DNA of 64,000 nucleotides, taken from assembly GCA_039586795.1 (NCBI GenBank), contig JBDHJS010000026.1:25727-89726 (forward strand), given 5' to 3'. The stretch comes from Gemmatimonadota bacterium (lineage in GTDB: Bacteria > Gemmatimonadota > Gemmatimonadetes > Palauibacterales > KS3-K002). A model generated the notes under the pieces. The model did no database searches. It was given only the letters and a program-made list of their open reading frames with translations, and had not been told where the DNA came from. Each line of letters opens with the position of its first letter. Within the stretch, counting starts at the first letter, position 1. Of this stretch, positions 18,166 through 27,144 are shown piece by piece. The position numbers and the translations under genes were made by a program.

Positions 18166-19614
18166 CTACTTGGCCAGGAGGTTCTGTATCGCCTGCAAGT
18201 GATGCTCGTCGTGTCGGACCAGGTGCCTCAAGAGCTGATACAGCGATATCTTCCCGTAGGCCTCATGCCTGCCAGTCCGCGCAAAATCATCGTCCGGGAT
18301 CTCCTCGACCTGGAACGACAACGCCGCCCTTCCGTCAGCCAGCCGTCTCAGCAACATGGCGATGGGAGCGCCGCGCGCCCCCGTGCCGCCGATCTTCTTG
18401 TTAGCCTCTTCATCATTCCGATCGGCAATCGACGGATCCTCTTGCGTTAGCATCGACCCGATCCGCTCGCCCATCATCAGATCACAGTCTATCAAATGCT
18501 CGATGTGTTCCTTCACGCACCACTTCTCTTCTCCCGGCCGTTGCCGCAGCTCCTTGTTCTCCACATCCGTTATCAGGTGGCTGATTCGGCGGGGAAGGTC
18601 ACGAAGCAGCGAGCGCGTTAGTTCCAAGCTCGCCTCGTTCGGCGGCTCAAGAGCGTACAGTCCATAAGGACTATCGCCCGCAACCCACGCTTCTCGCTCC
18701 TGCGCACCGATCTCGATCGCGCCTCCCACGAATCCATCCGCTTCCGTTAGGTAGAGATCCGCCAGTTCCTGAGCGACCCCGACCTTTTCCATGACGATAG
18801 CATGCTTCACAGAACCCGCAGCATCCTTGATACTTCGCAGCGCTCGATCGCGCGAGCAACCCGTCGCAGCCATCACGATGCGCTGGCTTCGATCGACCAG
18901 TTTGTCGCTCATCGCCTGCAAGTCGACCATCAGGTTGCCGTAGACTTTGCCCAACCGAATCATCGCGCCCGTCGTGATCGAATTGAGCACGAGCTTCGTA
19001 GCGGTACCCGCTTTCATCCTCGTCGAGCCGGCGATGACCTCAGGCCCGACGAGCGGTACGACGCAGACGTCGACCGCCTCGCGCATCTCGCTTCCCGGCT
19101 CCGTGCAACAGAGAAAACCTGTGCGTGCACCAAGCTCCGTCGCCCGGCTGAGTGCGCCACGAACGAAAGGTGTCGTGCTCGACGTAGCGATACCGAAAAC
19201 AAAGTCCGTGGTGTCGGTATTCGCCTCATCGATCGCCCTGGCTCCGTCCTCGCCGCTATCTTCCGCACCTTCCTGGCTTCGGACCAGCGCCACATAACCA
19301 CCGGCGATGATTCCCTGAACCATCTCCGGATCCGTCCCGAAGGTCGGCGGACACTCCGCTGCATCCAAAACGCCGAGTCGACCACTCGTGCCAGCGCCCA
19401 CATAGATCAGGCGGCCGCCTCTCCCGAAGCATTCCACCGCCAACTCGATGGCCCGCGCTATGCTCTCGCGCTCGGCCTGGACCGCCTGGGGAACCTGACG
19501 ATCCTCGCTGTTGATGAGGTCGACGATCTCGAGCGGACTGGCGCGGTCGATGCCGACTGTCCGTGGATTGCGGTGTTCAGTGAGCCGATCGTCGAAAAGG
19601 TCGTCTGACATCAA
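18166..19614 (-). CDS. murQ: N-acetylmuramic acid 6-phosphate etherase with a fused C-terminal DinB/YfiT-like domain
   Basis: TEHRN, GAGTSGRLG.LDAAECPPTFG, GPEVIAGSTRMKAGTA and NLMVD motifs; extra ~160 aa with WCVKEHIEHL..HLVRHDEHHL. Confidence 0.9.
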   Translation of the reverse strand: MMSDDLFDDRLTEHRNPRTVGIDRASPLEIVDLINSEDRQVPQAVQAERESIARAIELAVECFGRGGRLIYVGAGTSGRLGVLDAAECPPTFGTDPEMVQGIIAGGYVALVRSQEGAEDSGEDGARAIDEANTDTTDFVFGIATSSTTPFVRGALSRATELGARTGFLCCTEPGSEMREAVDVCVVPLVGPEVIAGSTRMKAGTATKLVLNSITTGAMIRLGKVYGNLMVDLQAMSDKLVDRSQRIVMAATGCSRDRALRSIKDAAGSVKHAIVMEKVGVAQELADLYLTEADGFVGGAIEIGAQEREAWVAGDSPYGLYALEPPNEASLELTRSLLRDLPRRISHLITDVENKELRQRPGEEKWCVKEHIEHLIDCDLMMGERIGSMLTQEDPSIADRNDEEANKKIGGTGARGAPIAMLLRRLADGRAALSFQVEEIPDDDFARTGRHEAYGKISLYQLLRHLVRHDEHHLQAIQNLLAK

Positions 19615-20175
19615 TCAACCGCCGCCGCCCGGTGGAAAACTGCCCAGAATCTTGGCCACGGCGTTGTCCAGGGCTCGCTGTGCTTCTTCTGGAGATGCCC
19701 GCTCCGTAATCGAATCAGTAACCGAACTTCGCCATACGAGCTTGTTTTCTCTCACGTCGATGAAGTCGATGATCAGTGTGCCTTCGTCCCACTCGTTTAC
19801 GTAGGTCTGGGTAGCGCCGTAGCCTCCGTACCAACCCCAGCCGTAACCATAGTGCGTGGTCACGGTGTTCACGCTCACCTTGCCGTCGATGGCGCCGTGC
19901 CACGCCACAAGGAAGTCCGGGTCCCCGGTGATCACCTCGCTGTAACCCTTGGCCTGAAGCGCCCTATCGACCGCAACTTTCACACGGCCTTCTACGATGC
20001 TGTTGTACACTCGCGGGTCCAGCTCACCCTCGTCTGTACGCTCGGCCCACACATACGTCTGCCAGCCCGAGAAATCCGCCTCCGGATCATAGTCCGTGGA
20101 GACCTTCAAACCACCGCATGCTCCCACAGTTAAGGCGCAGGCCAGCACCGTGATCGAACCGCAGTATCTCATCAT
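19615..20175 (-). CDS. DUF4136 domain lipoprotein
   Basis: Lipobox VGAC; STDYDP..DF, EGTLIID..LVW and FPP motifs. Confidence 0.8.
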   Translation of the reverse strand: MMRYCGSITVLACALTVGACGGLKVSTDYDPEADFSGWQTYVWAERTDEGELDPRVYNSIVEGRVKVAVDRALQAKGYSEVITGDPDFLVAWHGAIDGKVSVNTVTTHYGYGWGWYGGYGATQTYVNEWDEGTLIIDFIDVRENKLVWRSSVTDSITERASPEEAQRALDNAVAKILGSFPPGGGG

Positions 20176-20348
20176 CGAACCTCCCTACCAGTGATAGGTT
20201 GCGCCGAACCCTCAAAATCCATCTGCGCGAAGGAAATTGTAAGGCACCCCAACCCACGACGGCTAGGGGGAGGGGCTACGCACTGGCGCCGGTAGGGTGA
20301 ATTTACCTAAAGTGTGCAGGTTACACTGGAATAGACGGAAGGAGGAGG

Positions 20349-21530
20349 ATGGAACTGCTGTCGAAGGCGGAAGCCATGGCGTCCGAGTTGGTCGAAACGC
20401 GGCGCGACATACACGCAAACCCGGAACTCGCATTTCAGGAGACCCGCACTTCGGCGCTTGTGGCTGAACGGCTCAAGCAGTTGGGATACGAGGTTCGGAC
20501 CGGCGTCGGTGTTACAGGCTGTGTCGGCGAGCTGGTCACCGGGAAAGGCCGCACAGTCGCACTGCGGGCCGACATGGATGCGCTACCGATCCAGGAGGCC
20601 AACGACGTCCCCTATCGATCTCGCAGCGATGGCATCATGCACGCTTGCGGTCACGATGCCCACGTAACCTGTTTGCTGGGCGCGGCGCGGCTGTTGGCGG
20701 AGGCCGCCAGCGATGGCAAGCTGGCGAAGGGGCGCGTACGGCTGCTTTTCCAACCTTCGGAAGAGACCACCGATGCGGAAAACGTCGGTGGCGCCAAGCG
20801 GATGATCGAGGACGGCGCCATGAAGGACGTCGATGCCGTCATCGGTCTGCACGTAGCTTCCGAATCGCCGGTCGGCCAGGTCCTGTTCCTCGATGGCCCG
20901 CTAATGGCCGGCAATGACACTCTTCGCGGTACTATTCTCGGCGCCAACGCACATGCGGCACTTCCCCACGAGGGGCTGGACGCGATCACGATCGCAAGCC
21001 AGGTGATCCAGGCAACGCACACCATCGTATCGCGACGTGTAGATCCTCTGGAGCCAGCTGTGATCACGTTCGGCATGATCGAAGGCGGCACGGCCGAGAA
21101 CATCATCGCCGCCGAGGTCCGGCTCTCGGGCACGCTCCGCTACTTCGATTTCGATGGGCGAGACATACTGCACGAGGAGCTGCGACGAGCCTTTGCCATC
21201 GCCAGCGCACTCGGCGGTGAGGGTCGCATCGAGATTCGGGCTGGTAACCCGCCGGTGGTGAACGACGCCAGCCTGACGTCACTGGTTCGAGAGGCGGCCA
21301 AGGAGACAGTTGGCGCCAAAGCGATCGGTGTCGCCGACCAGATGATGGGTGCCGAGGACTTCGCCTTTCTCGCACAAGAGGCGCCGGGCTGTTTCTACTG
21401 GCTGGGCGCCGGAATCGAAGGCGACCCGCGCAGTCATCACCACCCGCGCTTCGACATAGACGAACGTTGTCTCCCGATGGGCGCTGCAACTCTGGCGGCC
21501 GCCGCACAGAAGGTTCTGGCCGAGTGGTAG
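20349..21530 (+). CDS. M20D amidohydrolase
   Basis: RRDIHANPEL, LRADMDALP, MHACGHD, FQPSEE, AEDF and HHPRF motifs. Confidence 0.9.
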   Translation: MELLSKAEAMASELVETRRDIHANPELAFQETRTSALVAERLKQLGYEVRTGVGVTGCVGELVTGKGRTVALRADMDALPIQEANDVPYRSRSDGIMHACGHDAHVTCLLGAARLLAEAASDGKLAKGRVRLLFQPSEETTDAENVGGAKRMIEDGAMKDVDAVIGLHVASESPVGQVLFLDGPLMAGNDTLRGTILGANAHAALPHEGLDAITIASQVIQATHTIVSRRVDPLEPAVITFGMIEGGTAENIIAAEVRLSGTLRYFDFDGRDILHEELRRAFAIASALGGEGRIEIRAGNPPVVNDASLTSLVREAAKETVGAKAIGVADQMMGAEDFAFLAQEAPGCFYWLGAGIEGDPRSHHHPRFDIDERCLPMGAATLAAAAQKVLAEW

Positions 21531-22201
21531 TGGCGCCAACGATCTCGACGCGCCGTCGAGTGCGCGCTCTGAATCGGCGACTCGAGAAGATTTTTGGGCC
21601 GCCGGAGAAGAAACGTCTTGAACCACTGGACGAGTTGATGCTCACGATCCTCAGCCAGAGCACGTCTGACACCAATCGCGACCGCGCCTACGACCGGTTG
21701 CGCGACCGCATGCCCAAATGGGAGGATGTCCAGACGGCGCCACGTCATGAGGTCGAGGACGCTATTCGCCCCGCCGGTCTCTGGAAGCAGAAGGCACGAG
21801 TTCTACAAGAGACGCTCGACGCGCTGCTCAAGGGAAACGGCTCACTGGATTTGAAGCAACTCGACGACATGTCGGACGAAGAAGCCATAGCGTACTTGAC
21901 CCGTCTCCGCGGCGTCGGTGTCAAGACGGCCGCCTGCGTGCTCTGTTTCGCTATGGGTAGAGACTATATGCCGGTCGATACCCACGTCTTGCGTGTCTCG
22001 AGGCGGCTTGGACTGATCGCGCCACGTGCGACAGCTGACCAAGCCCATGACATATTGAACGAAGACGATTCGGTACCGCCGGAATTGCGGTTCTCTTTTC
22101 ACATTCAACTGATACGTCATGGACGCGCTGTCTGCCGCGCCAATCGCCCCGCCTGCGATGAATGCGTCCTGGCCGATCTTTGCCCAAAGGTGGGCGTCTA
22201 G
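21524..22201 (+). CDS. nth: Endonuclease III-like HhH-GPD DNA glycosylase with a 4Fe-4S cluster
   Basis: ILSQST, LRGVGVKTA, PVDTHV and C-x6-C-x2-C-x5-C motifs. Start approximate (GTG at 21524 or 21530). Confidence 0.85.
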   Translation: MVVAPTISTRRRVRALNRRLEKIFGPPEKKRLEPLDELMLTILSQSTSDTNRDRAYDRLRDRMPKWEDVQTAPRHEVEDAIRPAGLWKQKARVLQETLDALLKGNGSLDLKQLDDMSDEEAIAYLTRLRGVGVKTAACVLCFAMGRDYMPVDTHVLRVSRRLGLIAPRATADQAHDILNEDDSVPPELRFSFHIQLIRHGRAVCRANRPACDECVLADLCPKVGV

Positions 22202-22218
22202 CTTTCCTGGAGGGACAC

Positions 22219-23994
22219 ATGAACAACCGCTGGACCACCCGCGCTCTGATCGCTTCCGTAGCCGCGCTCGCTATCGCCGCTGCGTGCACGCCACCACCGC
22301 AGGCGGGGCCTGCGGGATCAAGCTCTGGAACCCGGATCAACTTCCCGTTCGACTGGGAGTTCCGCGGGCACGAGCCCTACGCAACCGGCACAACCGCGAT
22401 GGTCGCGACAACAGATCTCCGGGCAACTCAAGTCGGCCGCGAAATCCTGCAGGCGGGAGGAAATGCTGTCGATGCGGCGGTGGCAGTGGGCTTCGCCCTT
22501 GCAGTGGTACACCCCGCTGCCGGCAACATAGGCGGTGGCGGCTTCGCCGTAGTCCGAACGGCCGGCGGCGAAACAGCCGCACTCGATTTCCGAGAGATGG
22601 CTCCTCTGTTCATCACGCCGGAGCATTTCCTCGATAACGAAGGCGTTCCCACCAACGCTTCGCGAGTCGGGTATCTAGCTTCGGGCGTGCCCGGCACCGT
22701 CGCCGGCCTCTACGACCTGCACGTCCGCTTCGGCAGCATGCCCTGGAGCGAACTGATGGAGCCGGCGATCGATCTCGCTGAGACTGGCTTCACGGTGACC
22801 GAGCGACTCGAGAACGGGCTGCGGGCCAAACAGGGACTACTCTCGCAGTTCCCAACGACGGCCGAGATCTTCTTCCCCGGCGGCGAGCCACCGCGGACTG
22901 GCTCCATATTCCGGCAGCCGATGTTGGCCAACACGCTGCGCGCGATTTCGACGGGCGGCAAAAACGCCTTCTACAGAGGGCAAATAGCCGACTATATCGT
23001 GCAGGATATGCGTCAAAACGATGGCCTCATCACCCGCGAGGACTTGCAGGGCTACGAGGCCGTGTGGCGCGATCCAATCGCCTTTGACTACAGAGGACAC
23101 ACGGTCATCTCCATGCCGCCACCTTCGTCCGGCGGCGTTACGATCGCTCAAACGCTGAACATCTTGGAGGGATATAATCTGGGGCAAATGGGCTTCAACA
23201 CGCCCGAGTCTCTCCATCTGCAAGTCGAGGCTTTCCGTCGGGCGTTTGCCGACCGCAACTACTACATGGGCGATCCTGACTACGTCGACATTCCCGTGGA
23301 ACAACTGGTCAGCGATGAGTACGCGTTAGAGCGGCGGGCGACTATCTCCCGAAATCGCGCGTCATCGTCGGAGCAGTTCAACCGCGTGCCGGTGCTCCAC
23401 GAAGGGAGCAACACAACTCACTTCTCCATAGTTGATGGATTCGGCAACGCCGTTGCCCTGACCTACACCATCAACTCCAGCTATGGCTCCGGTGTCGTCG
23501 TCGATCGTGCCGGCTTCTTCCTGAACAACGAGCTGGACGACTTCACGATTCGCGCTGGCTACCCTAACCAGTTCGGTCTGGTTCAGAGTGACGCCAACCT
23601 GGTTGGCTCCGGTCGCCGCCCGCTCTCCTCGATGACGCCGACCATCGTTCTGAACCCCGAAGGCCAACTCTTGATGGTCACCGGCTCGCCGGGCGGCGCC
23701 AAGATCATCACAGCGGTCGCTCAATCGATCATCGGCGTCGTCGACTACGGAATGGATGTGCGCACTGCGGTCGACGCGCCACGCATCCACCACCAGCTGC
23801 TGCCTGATGAGATCCAGTTGGAAACGAACGGCATCGATGGATCGACGTATTCCGTGCTCCTTCAGATGGGCCACCGCGTCAAGCAGACCGGCACTTACTT
23901 CGCCGATGTGCAGCTCATCATCAGGGCGCCGGATGGCACGCTATACGGCGCCTCGGACCCACGGAACAAAGACGGGCGCGCGCTAGGTTATTGA
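22219..23994 (+). CDS. ggt: Gamma-glutamyltransferase, lipoprotein
   Basis: Lipobox AAAC; GGNAVDAA, TTHFS (catalytic Thr), LNNELDDF, PLSSMTP and GSPGG motifs. Confidence 0.93.
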   Translation: MNNRWTTRALIASVAALAIAAACTPPPQAGPAGSSSGTRINFPFDWEFRGHEPYATGTTAMVATTDLRATQVGREILQAGGNAVDAAVAVGFALAVVHPAAGNIGGGGFAVVRTAGGETAALDFREMAPLFITPEHFLDNEGVPTNASRVGYLASGVPGTVAGLYDLHVRFGSMPWSELMEPAIDLAETGFTVTERLENGLRAKQGLLSQFPTTAEIFFPGGEPPRTGSIFRQPMLANTLRAISTGGKNAFYRGQIADYIVQDMRQNDGLITREDLQGYEAVWRDPIAFDYRGHTVISMPPPSSGGVTIAQTLNILEGYNLGQMGFNTPESLHLQVEAFRRAFADRNYYMGDPDYVDIPVEQLVSDEYALERRATISRNRASSSEQFNRVPVLHEGSNTTHFSIVDGFGNAVALTYTINSSYGSGVVVDRAGFFLNNELDDFTIRAGYPNQFGLVQSDANLVGSGRRPLSSMTPTIVLNPEGQLLMVTGSPGGAKIITAVAQSIIGVVDYGMDVRTAVDAPRIHHQLLPDEIQLETNGIDGSTYSVLLQMGHRVKQTGTYFADVQLIIRAPDGTLYGASDPRNKDGRALGY

Positions 23995-24021
23995 TTCGGC
24001 ATGGAAAGTGTGAACTCCTTT

Positions 24022-24040
24022 GAATTGTCGAAGCTGAATC
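24022..24040 (+). repeat. Third copy of the 19-bp GAATTGTCGAAGCYGAnTC motif
   Basis: TGAATTGTCGAAGCTGA is identical at 5142-5158 and 24021-24037. Confidence 0.65.
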
Positions 24041-24080
24041 GGGGATCCAGCGTCTCGGAGATTCGGGAGTTCCCATCCAC

Positions 24081-25838
24081 ATGATCAAGCAACTATCTCC
24101 GCTGCTCCCCTATGCTCGCCGTTACCGTCGGCGCATCGCCGCCGGTCTGGGCCTCGTCGTTTTCTCCAACATCTTCTCTCTCGCCTGGCCCTATTTGCTG
24201 AAGCTCGGCATCGACGACATGGAGGCTGGCACCACGGCGGCCCGCCTCGCCGGTTATGCCGGCGCCATCGTCCTGCTTTCCCTGGTCGGCGGGTTCGCTC
24301 GCTTCCTCGTCCGCGAACTGTTGAACGGCATGAGCCGACACGTCGAGAACGATTTGCGGGACGACTACTTCGCCCACCTGCTGAGGCTAGCGCCGGATTT
24401 CTATGGACGCGTGCCTACCGGCGAGTTGATGAGTCGCGCCACAAACGACATCCCAGCCGTCCGCATGGTCATCGGCCCCGCCGTCATGTACCTGGTCAAC
24501 ACGGCCGTCGTCGGCGCCATCGCGCTGACCATGCTGATCCTCATCGATCCGCGACTGACCCTGTTCGCCATTCTACCGCTGCTCGTCGTTCCAGCGGTGA
24601 CCATCTACTTCGGGCGCGAGATCCACAAGCGATTCGAAGCCATTCAGGCTCAGTTCGGCCGCATATCCACGATGGCTCAGGAGAACCTGGCCGGCGCGCG
24701 TATCGTCCGCGCTTACGTCCAGGAAGATGCCCAGGCGGGCGGCTTCGCCGAGCTGAACCGTGAGTACATGAATCGCAACCTCAGCCTCGCCAAAGTCTGG
24801 GGCCTCTTCCACCCGATGTTGATGATGCTCACCGGGTTGGGGGCAGTGATTGTACTCGGGGTGGGTGGCCGCGACGTGATCATGGGCCGCATCAGTGTCG
24901 GAGACTTCGTCGCGTTCGTGTTCTACCTGATGCAGCTCATCTGGCCAATGATCGCACTTGGCTGGGTCATCAACCTGTTCGAGCGTGGTGCGGCTTCGAT
25001 GGGTCGGATCCAGGAGATCATGAGCGAAGCTCCGTCCATCCACGATGCCGATGAGCCCGTCCCCGTCATCGAACCCCGGGGCGGCGTTGAATTTCGCAAC
25101 GTCTCCTTCAGATATCCCGGCACGGAGCGATTCGTGCTCCGCAACGTTTCGTTCGCAATTGAGCCGGGACGAACCGTAGCCATCGTTGGGCGAACGGGTT
25201 CCGGGAAGAGCTCCATCGCCAGGCTCCTCCCGCGCCTCTATGACCCTGACGAAGGGATCATTCTGCTCGATGGAGTACCGCTGGACCGGGTGCCCCTGGA
25301 ACAGCTACGTGGGCTCATTGCCATGGTGCCCCAGGAGCCCTTCCTGTTTTCTGAGACGCTCGGCGCCAATATCGCGTTCGGCCTTCAGAACGGAGGCGAC
25401 CATGAGCGCGTCGAGGATGCCGCCGCAATCGCACAACTCGCCGAGACGATCCGCGACTTCCCGGCGGGCTACGAGACCCAACTCGGCGAGCGCGGCATCA
25501 ATTTGTCAGGCGGCCAGAAACAACGAGCTACTCTGGCCCGGGCTCTCACTCGCGAGTCCCCCGTCCTCATCCTCGACGACGCGCTGTCCTCCGTCGACAC
25601 GCACACCGAGGCGGCTATCCTCGATGGCCTCAAGGATGTCTTTCGCCGACATACCAGCATCATCATCTCGCATCGGGTTAGCGCAGTGAAAGACGCGGAT
25701 ATGATTCTCGTCGTCGAGGACGGTGAGATCGTGGAACGTGGCGGCCACCAGGAGCTGCTTGCTCTCGATGGGGTCTACGCCCGCCTGCTGGAAAGGCAGC
25801 TGCTGGAGGAAAGCCTCGAGGACCAGCTCGCCAGCTGA
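24081..25838 (+). CDS. ABC exporter, fused permease/ATPase (MdlA-like)
   Basis: TM domain plus GRTGSGKS, LSGGQKQR, ILDD and SHR motifs. Confidence 0.92.
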   Translation: MIKQLSPLLPYARRYRRRIAAGLGLVVFSNIFSLAWPYLLKLGIDDMEAGTTAARLAGYAGAIVLLSLVGGFARFLVRELLNGMSRHVENDLRDDYFAHLLRLAPDFYGRVPTGELMSRATNDIPAVRMVIGPAVMYLVNTAVVGAIALTMLILIDPRLTLFAILPLLVVPAVTIYFGREIHKRFEAIQAQFGRISTMAQENLAGARIVRAYVQEDAQAGGFAELNREYMNRNLSLAKVWGLFHPMLMMLTGLGAVIVLGVGGRDVIMGRISVGDFVAFVFYLMQLIWPMIALGWVINLFERGAASMGRIQEIMSEAPSIHDADEPVPVIEPRGGVEFRNVSFRYPGTERFVLRNVSFAIEPGRTVAIVGRTGSGKSSIARLLPRLYDPDEGIILLDGVPLDRVPLEQLRGLIAMVPQEPFLFSETLGANIAFGLQNGGDHERVEDAAAIAQLAETIRDFPAGYETQLGERGINLSGGQKQRATLARALTRESPVLILDDALSSVDTHTEAAILDGLKDVFRRHTSIIISHRVSAVKDADMILVVEDGEIVERGGHQELLALDGVYARLLERQLLEESLEDQLAS

Positions 25839-25904
25839 CCCGTGCAACGATGCCCGAGCCTGCGCCAGAACGAACGACAGCACTTCACTGAGAAAGCGGG
25901 ACGC

Positions 25905-26354
25905 TTGCTCGAATACGAGTATAGCATCGTCATCAATCGCCCGGTCGAGGAAGTCTTCTCGTACATGCAGGACATCGACCGCGAACGCGACTGGCAGCCC
26001 GGCTTGCGCGAGGCTCACCAGACACCCGCCGGTGAGCCTGGCGTTGGAACGAAGCGCCGCTACGTGAGCGAGTTTCTAGGGAAACGCTTCCACAACGAGT
26101 ACGTCAACACTGCCTACGTACCGAACCGACGGGTGGCCTACGAGAGCACGCCGGAGTCCGACACCGAGGCTACCGGCGAGGTCATCTGGGACCCCGCCAA
26201 CGGTGGAACCCGCGTGACGATGCGAGTCAGAGCGACCGTAGGCGGCGCGCTTCGCTTTGTGCCCAGGTCGCTGATCCTATCCGTCGCCAAGAAGGAGCTC
26301 GCCGCGGCGCTGGAGCGGGCGCGCGACCGGCTTGAAGGTCGACAAGACACCTGA
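25905..26354 (+). CDS. SRPBCC/polyketide cyclase-family protein
   Basis: SIVINRPVEEVFSY..W.P pattern; TTG start inferred. Confidence 0.75.
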   Translation: MLEYEYSIVINRPVEEVFSYMQDIDRERDWQPGLREAHQTPAGEPGVGTKRRYVSEFLGKRFHNEYVNTAYVPNRRVAYESTPESDTEATGEVIWDPANGGTRVTMRVRATVGGALRFVPRSLILSVAKKELAAALERARDRLEGRQDT

Positions 26355-26376
26355 TTCCAACGTCTTCCGCGTCAGC

Positions 26377-26402
26377 GGAACCTTGCCTGCCGATCCTCTG
26401 TT
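26377..26402 (+). promoter_or_regulatory. Putative SigR/SigH-type ECF promoter upstream of yceI
   Basis: GGAAC-N18-GTT. Confidence 0.5.
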
Positions 26403-26462
26403 CAGTCAGCCAAAGGTAGTTCAGCACTGAAATAATGTGACCGTGACGATACGGAGGACATC

Positions 26463-27089
26463 ATGAGGCAGTTCCTTGCGATTACAGGTATTCTGGCGCT
26501 TGGCGCCGTGACGATTGCCGCCGGCGATCGGGCTGCGGCAACCCCTGAGGCGACGCTTTGGAACGTCGACGTCGCCCACACGGGCATCGATTTCTCGGTC
26601 CGCCATTTCTTCACCCCAGTCCGGGGGACGTTCGATGACTACGAGGTCGAGCTGTTGTTCGACCCGGAGGACCCGAAGAACAGCAGCGTTGAAGTTCAGA
26701 TCTCGGTAGCCAGCGTCAACACTGGAAATGAGAAGCGTGATAACCACCTGCGGTCAGGCGACTGGTTTGAAGCAGAGAAGTATCCGTACTTGACCTTCAA
26801 GAGCACGTCGGTCAGGCAAATCAGTGTCGACCGGTTCATCGCCACTGGCGAGCTGACCATCAAGGACACGACGAAGGAGATTGAGTTGCCGATCACGTTG
26901 CTCGGCATTACCGATCTGCCCTCACAGATGAGCGAGATGATGGGCGGAGTGAAGCACGTTGCGAGCTTCGAGACGGCGTACAAACTGGATCGTCGGGACT
27001 ACGACGTCGGTGTGGGTTCGTGGGCCGAGACGATTATCGTTAGCTCCGATGTGGAGATCGCGATCACCCTGGAGGCAAACAAGAAGTAG
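26463..27089 (+). CDS. YceI family protein
   Basis: Signal peptide; WNVDVAH..FSVRH, RDNHLRS..F..YP and RRDYDV motifs. Confidence 0.9.
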   Translation: MRQFLAITGILALGAVTIAAGDRAAATPEATLWNVDVAHTGIDFSVRHFFTPVRGTFDDYEVELLFDPEDPKNSSVEVQISVASVNTGNEKRDNHLRSGDWFEAEKYPYLTFKSTSVRQISVDRFIATGELTIKDTTKEIELPITLLGITDLPSQMSEMMGGVKHVASFETAYKLDRRDYDVGVGSWAETIIVSSDVEIAITLEANKK

Positions 27090-27106
27090 AACCAACGACT
27101 GGTGAT

Positions 27107-27136
27107 CGGTGGCCGGTATCTAGTTACCGGCCACCG
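27107..27136. terminator. Hairpin between convergent genes, probable terminator
   Basis: CGGTGGCCGGTA-TCTAGT-TACCGGCCACCG. Confidence 0.6.
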
Positions 27137-27144
27137 GCAACCGA

